The translations under genes were made by a program, and so were the position numbers. A stretch of DNA of 63,964 bases, counting the filler. It is 5 parts of 5 records of this genome, joined end to end, with 100 filler letters (N's around TTAATTAATTAA, not from the genome) between each part and the next. Parts side by side here need not be neighbours in the genome. Positions count along the whole stretch, not along the records: positions 1 to 20,389 come from SRR22947725_2650; positions 20,490 to 29,977 come from SRR22947725_2657; 3 more parts are not named here. One strand, 5' to 3'. Below are positions 17,456-24,366 of the stretch, piece by piece. The notes under the pieces were generated by a model. The model saw only the letters and a program-made list of their open reading frames with translations, made no database searches and had not been told where the DNA came from. Each line of letters begins with the position of its first letter. Positions within the stretch are counted from its first letter, which is position 1.

Positions 17456-17739
17456 TGGCTTACCAACCTCTACCTATTTTCTGCACGATTAAACCTAGTT
17501 TCATTCATGGTCTAGGTCTATTTGCAACAACAGAAATTAAGAAAGAGACTGAGCTAGGTATATCACACATCACAGTTGATGATACACTATACAGATTACC
17601 ACTTGGTGCATTTATCAATCACTCGGAAGATCCTAACTGTGTAAGAGTTGAGGTTAATAACAAATGGTACTTGAAAACAACCAAAGATATTATGAAAGAT
17701 GATGAGCTAACACTAACTTATAGTTTATATAAAGTTTAA
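17455..17739 (+). CDS. Minimal SET-domain protein-lysine methyltransferase
   Basis: IHGLGLFA, FINHSEDPN, ELTLTY motifs. Confidence 0.85.
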   Translation: MAYQPLPIFCTIKPSFIHGLGLFATTEIKKETELGISHITVDDTLYRLPLGAFINHSEDPNCVRVEVNNKWYLKTTKDIMKDDELTLTYSLYKV

Positions 17740-18128
17740 TGGCACGTTGGACTTATTATAAAAGCAACGGAGACTTCAATGACTTTCATAGAGAATGGGA
17801 TGGCTTGGCAGCTATAGATTGCGATCTTTATGAGGTATGTCCCAATTGCTATTCACCTTTGGCACTCCTAGAAACTTGCTTCGATAAAGGTCAAACTTAT
17901 AAGGCTACAAGGTTTGTAGAAATAGTCTCTAGTAAGCTAGAGATACCCTGTTTTTTAGTATTCTATCGTAGAGATGAGCATGGGGTCATGTGGGTTAGAT
18001 ACAAGCGTCTGCGTAGCTCTCAGAAGCTAACTCTAGTACATGGAGATGAGTTTATTAGAGAATTATATCAGCTTCAACACGAACACAAACAACATTGTAA
18101 ATATGAAAAAGTATCTACCCCATATTAG
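17739..18128 (+). CDS. Phage protein, possible PD-(D/E)XK-like fold
   Basis: IDCDLYEVC-x-x-C-x-x-PLALLE motif. Confidence 0.55.
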   Translation: MARWTYYKSNGDFNDFHREWDGLAAIDCDLYEVCPNCYSPLALLETCFDKGQTYKATRFVEIVSSKLEIPCFLVFYRRDEHGVMWVRYKRLRSSQKLTLVHGDEFIRELYQLQHEHKQHCKYEKVSTPY

Positions 18129-18828
18129 AATACCTTTTAAGTTATTCGATGATGAGAGGATAAAAAAAATCCCAGAAGAACACCGATCATCTTCCTTGCT
18201 AATCCTCATTGCGTTATTAAAGTTTGTTAATTCACAAAATGGTCAATGTTATCCTCGTCAATCTACTATATCTAGTATGGTATGCCTGTCTCGTAGTACC
18301 ATATATAGATGTACTGATTTACTTATTGATGTAGGTATTATTAAAAAGAAAAGACTTAAATCTACTTTGCTTTATGTCATTAACCCTGATTATATTGTTA
18401 ATAAAAAGATAGATGTGTCATCACGAGACTATGATGTGTCAAGAAAACACATACCAGGTTTCATGGTGACTGATATTAATAAGACTATAATTAAAGAACC
18501 ATCTTATATCTCTAACATTGTAAAAGAAGTTGCTGATAAAGGAGGAGATCAATCTAAAATAGTTAGTGTCCTAAGTACCCTCCCCCGCAAGACCTTAATT
18601 AAAGCAATAGAAGATAATGATAATATTTACTATTCTAAATTGGCTCTAGCTGAACAAGATAGAAATGGTGTGAAGCTGGTGGATATACCAAGATCCATAG
18701 TAGATAATGTAAGAAAGAAAACCCATTTTGGTTATCAGAATGTAATCAATAAAAGAAAGGATAAGATTGCCAGGCAGACCAAGACAGAAAGTTTTTTGTC
18801 AGAGCTTAACAAGAAAAAGCATACGTGA
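18102..18828 (+). CDS. Phage replication initiator-like protein with HTH
   Basis: GQCYPRQSTISSMVCLSRSTIYR...L-x-x-x-GII winged-HTH motif of phage replisome organisers; start approximate (MKKYLPH). Confidence 0.7.
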
Positions 18829-19186
18829 GGGAAAACCTAGAAACTGTTTAGCAAAAGGTTATTTATGTGCTAATGGTAAGTACCTATGTAGATTTCATGG
18901 CTATAATAATATACTAGGGTTTAATAAACCAAACTATACAGATGAAAAAAGAATTAACCAACTCAAAGCACTCTACCAATTCAGAAATAAAACAAGAGAA
19001 CAAGTCCAAGAATACTATTACTCCACTGTTAAACCCAAGCTCCTTAACCGAGAACAATCTATCTATAATAGAAGAGCAACTCGTAAGAGGTCTAACGCTT
19101 TCAGAAGTTCTAGATCAAAAGCAGTATCAGTTCAGCTTGATGAAGTTCTACGCTTTTTTAAAGAAAAATCCAACAATAGAAAGTAG
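18767..19186 (+). CDS. HGGxSTG-like Zn-binding phage protein
   Basis: FCQ...C-x-AKG...CRFHG motif; TTG start; upstream of terS. Confidence 0.6.
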   Translation: MPGRPRQKVFCQSLTRKSIREGKPRNCLAKGYLCANGKYLCRFHGYNNILGFNKPNYTDEKRINQLKALYQFRNKTREQVQEYYYSTVKPKLLNREQSIYNRRATRKRSNAFRSSRSKAVSVQLDEVLRFFKEKSNNRK

Positions 19187-19463
19187 GATCATTGAAGCTC
19201 GTAAGTTAGGGGTTCAAACTTTAATTGATAAAATGCTGCAGATATTTCAACACCAGGAAGTAGAAAATCCTAATCAAATCTTATGGATCAGAGAGAAAAC
19301 AAAGTTCATTCAATATCTTGCTGGACATTTAACTGATCTCTATTCTAATAATAAGGTCCAAAATATTAAATCTGATACAAGTCTAAAGGTAAGTTGGGAA
19401 GATAGCCAGGATCTTATTGATGTAAGTACTGCCGAAACAGTACCTACACCACCAAAGGATTAG
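18942..19463 (+). CDS. terS: Terminase small subunit
   Basis: I-x-EQL-x-x-G-x-TL-x-EV...FY-x-x-L...EARK-x-G...QILW-x-REK...W Sf6-gp1-like pattern; start uncertain. Confidence 0.65.
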   Translation: MKKELTNSKHSTNSEIKQENKSKNTITPLLNPSSLTENNLSIIEEQLVRGLTLSEVLDQKQYQFSLMKFYAFLKKNPTIESRIIEARKLGVQTLIDKMLQIFQHQEVENPNQILWIREKTKFIQYLAGHLTDLYSNNKVQNIKSDTSLKVSWEDSQDLIDVSTAETVPTPPKD

Positions 19464-19696
19464 TTAATTTTTAGTTTATATTTTTTAAGTTGTGCTTTTA
19501 TTAAATTTTTAAATGCTTTATCAGGTGTTGTTGTTGTTTGAGACCACCTATCTAAATTATTAAAAGCCATTGTTAATACATTCATTGAAAACCATAAATC
19601 TCTAGTCATATGGTCTTCACTTGTAGTCTTTACATTCATAAATTTTTTATGAATTTTACCTACATACTTCTCTATTTGTTCCATTTCTTTCATCAT
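19460..19696 (-). CDS. Phage hypothetical protein
   Basis: 78-aa ORF with SD GAAAGGG. Confidence 0.55.
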   Translation of the reverse strand: MMKEMEQIEKYVGKIHKKFMNVKTTSEDHMTRDLWFSMNVLTMAFNNLDRWSQTTTTPDKAFKNLIKAQLKKYKLKIN

Positions 19697-19947
19697 TACC
19701 CTTTCGTTTGTAGCTTGGCGCTTGGTAAGGTCGTACTGACCCGAAGCGCCGAGCCACTTAGTTTGTTTTTATAATGAGTATATATAACACCTTGTACACT
19801 CAATATACTTAAGCACGTTAGAGCTTCAAGCTCTTTCATACTTAAATCTTTTTTACCACTTGCTATCAAAGTATTTTGATAAGTGTCTTTGTTTTTTTTC
19901 ATCATGTTTTTTTTGTTTGTGGTCCTGGTATAGCTGCCATAGTCCAA
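19696..19947 (-). CDS. Phage hypothetical protein (true start probably downstream, e.g. 19905 or 19839)
   Basis: ORF coupled by TAATG to the next gene. Confidence 0.4.
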   Translation of the reverse strand: MDYGSYTRTTNKKNMMKKNKDTYQNTLIASGKKDLSMKELEALTCLSILSVQGVIYTHYKNKLSGSALRVSTTLPSAKLQTKG

Positions 19948-19996
19948 CAGCTACAGCAGTAATTATAATTAATATTAATTGCTTGTCACTTGACAT
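19853..19996 (-). CDS. Small membrane protein (47 aa, MSSDKQLILIIITAVAVGLW...)
   Basis: ATG 19996 with GAGG SD; single TM helix. Confidence 0.6.
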   Translation of the reverse strand: MSSDKQLILIIITAVAVGLWQLYQDHKQKKHDEKKQRHLSKYFDSKW

Positions 19997-20183
19997 ACAA
20001 AACCTCTTCATTTTTAAGAATAGGTTTATTATCACTACCACATTCTATACAAGACCATTGATTACAATTATTATATTTTATAGTGTTCAACCATTCAAAA
20101 CTACCACAATTACCACATATATATTTATTGCTTTCAAACATCTCATTAATTTTATTTATTAGTTTTTGCTTTTCACTACTCAT
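19986..20183 (-). CDS. Small Zn-ribbon protein (MSSEKQKLIN...CGNC...CIEC)
   Basis: Two CxxC pairs. Confidence 0.65.
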   Translation of the reverse strand: MSSEKQKLINKINEMFESNKYICGNCGSFEWLNTIKYNNCNQWSCIECGSDNKPILKNEEVLYVK

Positions 20184-20370
20184 AAACCACCCATTCTAAA
20201 TCATCATTGTAATGAACATTAGGATAAACTTCTTTTATCTGTTCATCTTCATGATCAAAACAAGTATAATTATTGTGAAAATCACAACTCTTACAATCTT
20301 TAATTGGTTTTAAAGACGTAATAGTTGTGTATCTATCTGCTATTATTATTTTTTGCTTCTCGCTGCTCAT
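20176..20370 (-). CDS. Small Cys-containing protein (MSSEKQKIII...CKSC...C-x-x-H)
   Basis: SD AAAGGGG; CxxC...CxxH. Confidence 0.65.
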   Translation of the reverse strand: MSSEKQKIIIADRYTTITSLKPIKDCKSCDFHNNYTCFDHEDEQIKEVYPNVHYNDDLEWVVYE

Positions 20371-20389
20371 TTGTCCCCTTTCTTTTTTT

Positions 20390-20489
20390 NNNNNNNNNNN
20401 NNNNNNNNNNNNNNNNNNNNNNNNNNNNNNNNNTTAATTAATTAANNNNNNNNNNNNNNNNNNNNNNNNNNNNNNNNNNNNNNNNNNNN
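20390..20489. other. Artificial contig spacer (N44-TTAATTAATTAA-N44)
   Basis: Six-frame stop linker within Ns. Confidence 0.98.
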
Positions 20490-21029
20490 TAAAGATCTAT
20501 CATTCATATCAACCACTCTCTTCCAAGTGATTCTGCGAGGATCAATGTTCAGTTGATTGTCCCAATGGATGTGATTATCAATTAGCGCAGAGAGAAGATT
20601 ATGAGCTGCTCCAATAGCATGAAAGTCACCAGTAAAATGTAAATTAATGTCTGTCATAGGTATGACCTGAGCATATCCACCTCCGGCCGCACCACCTTTC
20701 ATACCAAAACATGGTCCTAAGCTTGGCTCTCTTAGACAAATCATTGCTTTTTTACCAATATGGCAAAGGCCATCAACCAGACCAACACTTGTAGTAGTTT
20801 TGCCCTCACCTGCTGGAGTAGGCGATATTGCTGTCACTAAAATTAATTTACCGTTTTGTGTATCCTTGAGTTTCTCGTGATTAATTGCCAGATCAACCTT
20901 GCCCTTGAATTTACCGTAACGCTCAAGATATTCATCGCTAATACCTAACTTAGTAGCAATAACATCAATTGTTTTTGGCTCTGCCTCTCTAGCAATATCT
21001 ATATCTGTTTTCAAAATAAACTCTCGCAT
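20490..21029 (-). CDS. fhs: Formate--tetrahydrofolate ligase, 3'-truncated at the contig end
   Basis: [47 protein letters not shown]. Confidence 0.95.
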
Positions 21030-21214
21030 TCAAAAATTTACACATATTAGTAAATTTTTCATTTCTTCATACTTACATAAAAATCATTTTCATGCACTAG
21101 TCTTGTAATTACTGAAAAATTTTGACGACAGGACTGAGAGAGTTATAGGCTGGAATTACTTGCTGATTATCAAATATATTAATTCCCTAGAGTATGATAA
21201 ATTTCTAATCTCAT

Positions 21215-22465
21215 ATGAACTTTTTCCAGAATCTACTTTCGTCAATAATGAGCCGATCACGTCAGGGTGGCTATTTTCGTTCGAAAGATTTTGGAATTCT
21301 GCATGAGGATATTAATGAGGCATTAGAGTCCGTGATGTCAAAAAGCGGAGAAGTGTCTTCATTGGTTTATGCAGAACATCTCTCCAATTTAATAGAAGGT
21401 CTTGATAACGAGCAATTTATTGATTTCTTTAATGTTCTGAAAGAAAAATATGACATAGATGCTGATTCTTTGTCAAAAGCCTCCAAAGAATATTCTCAAA
21501 ATAACACTCAAAAAAACTTAGAGATCATTTCCAAAGCCTCCAAGCCGAAGTGGATCGAGCTGTTCAAAAGATTGAATACTGTATCCGAAGGTACCCTCAA
21601 ATTGGTTCAACTCAGAGAGAGAATTAGCTCTCTTAAAAAAGATAATCCAAATTTGGCATTCTTTGATTCCAGCCTTTTAGATTTGTTTAAACATTGGTTT
21701 AATCCATCATTTTTAGTCTTACAAAAGATAGATTGGGCAACTCCTGCGAATATCTTAGAAAAGATCATTGCTTATGAGGCTGTCCATGAGATTAATTCCT
21801 GGGATGATCTCAGGGCAAGGTTAGAGCCAGAAGACAGAAGATGCTTTGCTTTTTTTCATCCACTCATACCTAATGAGCCATTGATTTTTGTTGAAGTAGC
21901 GCTAAGCAACAACATGCCAGAGAGCATTAAAGAGGTCATTAAAATTGATAGAAGTGTTACTTTGGACCAAGATATTAATACTGCAATTTTTTACTCTATT
22001 TCAAATTGTCAGGAAGGTCTGTCAGGAATTTCATTTGGTAATTTCTTAATTAAAAATGTAGCACATCAATTAAAACAGGAAATTGACGGGCTCAATAGAT
22101 TTGTAACACTTTCCCCTGCACCTGGTTTTACAAAATGGCTTAAAGAAAATTCTATCGATCAAAATATCCAAGAGGATATTCTTCTCAAACAAGCATTGGT
22201 TTATCTCATAGATTCAGAGAGAACAGATGGATTTCCCAATGATCCTGTTGCTAAATTTCATTTGGGCAATGGCGCTATTATAGAAAGAGTGAATTTAAAT
22301 GCTGATTTATCTGTAAAAGGCATTGAGCAATCAAAAGGCATCATGGTTAACTATTTATATGACCTTGATGTATTAGAGCAGAACCATGAATTATTTTTTA
22401 AAACTAAAAAGGTTCAGCTATCAAGCGGCATAATTAGTCTGAGAAAAAAACTTCAGATTCACTAA
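21215..22465 (+). CDS. Malonyl-CoA decarboxylase
   Basis: LEKIIAYEAVHEI, FYSISNCQ-x-GL-x-GISFGNFLIK, TLSP-x-PGF, DPVAKFHLGNGA. Confidence 0.92.
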   Translation: MNFFQNLLSSIMSRSRQGGYFRSKDFGILHEDINEALESVMSKSGEVSSLVYAEHLSNLIEGLDNEQFIDFFNVLKEKYDIDADSLSKASKEYSQNNTQKNLEIISKASKPKWIELFKRLNTVSEGTLKLVQLRERISSLKKDNPNLAFFDSSLLDLFKHWFNPSFLVLQKIDWATPANILEKIIAYEAVHEINSWDDLRARLEPEDRRCFAFFHPLIPNEPLIFVEVALSNNMPESIKEVIKIDRSVTLDQDINTAIFYSISNCQEGLSGISFGNFLIKNVAHQLKQEIDGLNRFVTLSPAPGFTKWLKENSIDQNIQEDILLKQALVYLIDSERTDGFPNDPVAKFHLGNGAIIERVNLNADLSVKGIEQSKGIMVNYLYDLDVLEQNHELFFKTKKVQLSSGIISLRKKLQIH

Positions 22466-22517
22466 AAAACCAATGATTGTAATTTTTTAAAGATAGGAAT
22501 AGTATCATATGATGTAA

Positions 22518-22565
22518 GTAGTTGATTTGGTCCTGATTGCTCGCTAGAAGCTGCTAAAAGGGACG
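22518..22565 (+). ncRNA. SAM-II (SAM-alpha)-like riboswitch aptamer
   Basis: UAGU-UGAUUUG-GUCCU-GAUUGC-UC-GCUA-GAAGCU-GCUAAAA-GGGAC: conserved UGAUUU, UUGC and GCUAAA in order; P1 UAGU/GCUA; pseudoknot GUCCU/GGGAC. P1 and L3 are shorter than usual. Confidence 0.65.
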
Positions 22566-22592
22566 TCTAGCTGTTATAAGAAGGCGTAAAAA

Positions 22593-23675
22593 ATGAATGT
22601 TAAACTCAATGGGTCATCACTCGAAGTGATCAATGAAAGAGGGTTAGGGTTTGAGCTTCCATATCTATGGATAAGAGATAATTGCCCCTGCAATAAATGC
22701 AGAGTGCAGGAAACGCAAGAAAAGAGGTTTATGCTTGATTCTGTCCCTTCAGACTTAAAACCCCAAAGTGTAAGCCTGAATCAAAGCAATATTATGATAG
22801 TTTGGCCTGATGATCATAAGACATCTATCAATTTGCAAGACATAGAATTTTTAAAAAAGCCTAGGAAGCCTGAAAAAATTTTATGGACTAATAATTTTAT
22901 TCCTAACTATTATAATTGGGATGATTTTCTTCAGGATAATGATATTGCTATAGATGCTTTCTCAAATTTCATTTCTAAAGGAGCAATATGCATTAAAAAT
23001 GCCCCGTGCATTCCAAACTCATTAGAAGAACTGTCCTCAAGACTTGGTCCTATCAGAGAAGTATTATTTGAACGAATTCATAATGTATCTGTTGATGGTC
23101 ATGTATACAATATTGCGCATACCTCTCTGGCAGTTCCTCCGCATAATGATTTTGCTAGTTATTCTTGGCCGCCAAGCGTTCAGGCTCTGCATATGCTAGA
23201 AAATGAATGTAAGGGTGGAGAATCTATTATAGTTGATGGGTATTCAGTGCTGAGGGATCTAAGAAATGATTTCCCTAACTTTTTTAATATTTTGAGTACT
23301 TTTTCAGTTCCATTCCGAGAATTTGACGAAGAAAATGAGACATATACAAATGAACCAATCATAAGATTACATGCTAACAAGGAAATTGCTGGATTTAGGT
23401 ACTCAAATCAATTAATGCAAATGATAGATCCTCAAAAGAAAAATGTTGATTTATTCTATGAGGCATATCATGAACTATGTAAAAGAGTTAATAGTGAAAA
23501 ATATAAATCAAAATTTCGACTGGAAGCAGGAGATATTCTTTTGGTTTCTGCTCATCGAGTTCTTCATGGTAGGAACGAATTTAAGCTCAACGGTAAGCGT
23601 CATCTCCAGGATGCATATTATGAAATGGATAACGTAGATAACAATTTTGTTCTTTACAAAAGTTTAAAGAGGTAA
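22593..23675 (+). CDS. Gamma-butyrobetaine-hydroxylase-like Fe(II)/2-oxoglutarate oxygenase (N-terminal Zn domain plus TauD domain)
   Basis: WIRDNCPCNKC...WPDDH Zn domain; facial triad H-N-D...HGR; R-x-L-x-x-x-Y. Confidence 0.85.
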   Translation: MNVKLNGSSLEVINERGLGFELPYLWIRDNCPCNKCRVQETQEKRFMLDSVPSDLKPQSVSLNQSNIMIVWPDDHKTSINLQDIEFLKKPRKPEKILWTNNFIPNYYNWDDFLQDNDIAIDAFSNFISKGAICIKNAPCIPNSLEELSSRLGPIREVLFERIHNVSVDGHVYNIAHTSLAVPPHNDFASYSWPPSVQALHMLENECKGGESIIVDGYSVLRDLRNDFPNFFNILSTFSVPFREFDEENETYTNEPIIRLHANKEIAGFRYSNQLMQMIDPQKKNVDLFYEAYHELCKRVNSEKYKSKFRLEAGDILLVSAHRVLHGRNEFKLNGKRHLQDAYYEMDNVDNNFVLYKSLKR

Positions 23676-23680
23676 TTAAG

Positions 23681-24238
23681 TTGTATAAAAAAGTTGGGTT
23701 TATATCAATGGATGAGGGAACTAAAGAAGACTATGATCTCATAGCAATTCATGATTCAAAGAATGAAAGAAACTTATTTAACAGAGTAATACAATGGCTT
23801 CAAACACTGGATGATGAATCTCCATATCAAATTAGCAGACTTCAGCATTGCCTTCAAACGGCAACAAGAGCAGAGAAAGATGGGGCAGATACCGAAACAA
23901 TAGTTTGCGCTCTCCTTCACGATATAGGTGATGCTATATCTCCATCTAATCACTCTCAAGCTTCTGCAGCAGTTTTAAGACCATACATAAGTGAGAAAAA
24001 TTATTGGATAATCCTTAATCATGGATTATTTCAAGGTTATTACTGGATGCATCATTATGAAAAGGATAGAAATTTAAGGGAAAAATATATTGATCATCCT
24101 TACTATCAGGACTGCATAGATTTTTGCTCAAAATGGGATCAGGAATCATTTGATCCGAACTATGAAACGCAATCTCTAGATTATTTTTTACCAATGATTA
24201 AAGAAATACTTTCGAGAGAACCTCAATCATTCGTTTAA
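23681..24238 (+). CDS. HD-domain metalloprotein (PhnZ/TmpB-related, candidate diiron oxygenase)
   Basis: QH-x-LQTAT-x-A...ALLHDIG...NH...NHG...WD gives all six H/D diiron ligands; TTG start with GAGG SD. Confidence 0.8.
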   Translation: MYKKVGFISMDEGTKEDYDLIAIHDSKNERNLFNRVIQWLQTLDDESPYQISRLQHCLQTATRAEKDGADTETIVCALLHDIGDAISPSNHSQASAAVLRPYISEKNYWIILNHGLFQGYYWMHHYEKDRNLREKYIDHPYYQDCIDFCSKWDQESFDPNYETQSLDYFLPMIKEILSREPQSFV

Positions 24239-24366
24239 TCTTCTTTTTTTAAAGCTGCCTTGATTATTCATACTTTTTATTTTCTTCTTATTGGTTACCA
24301 TATAGTTGCCTAATTTATGTATTTAATAATTTGCCAGGGTAAGCATTAGATTAATAGGATTTAAAT

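Larger units (their letters stand above)
1..20389. mobile_element. Bacteriophage genome fragment (podovirus-like; gene order resembles HTVC010P-type pelagiphages)
   Basis: Virion, tail, lysis, recombination, replication and TerS genes; no cellular housekeeping genes; tightly overlapping small ORFs. Host and lineage are inferred. Confidence 0.9.

Noticed and set aside
19860-20162. 100-aa plus-strand ORF in the mini-ORF cluster
   Set aside because: It is antisense to coupled minus-strand ORFs that have SD sites and a shared N-terminus.
20434-20445. TTAATTAATTAA palindrome as a biological site
   Set aside because: It is identical in all four N-spacers; a six-frame stop linker added during concatenation.
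20176-21029. Phage as a prophage integrated next to fhs
   Set aside because: The two are separated by an artificial spacer; no integrase or att site is visible.
21060-21214. ZTP or THF riboswitch upstream of fhs
   Set aside because: No matching conserved motifs on either strand.
22593-24238. Naming the pair tmpA/tmpB or phnY/phnZ
   Set aside because: The architecture is similar but the sequence motifs differ from those recalled for these enzymes; no symbol assigned without a search.
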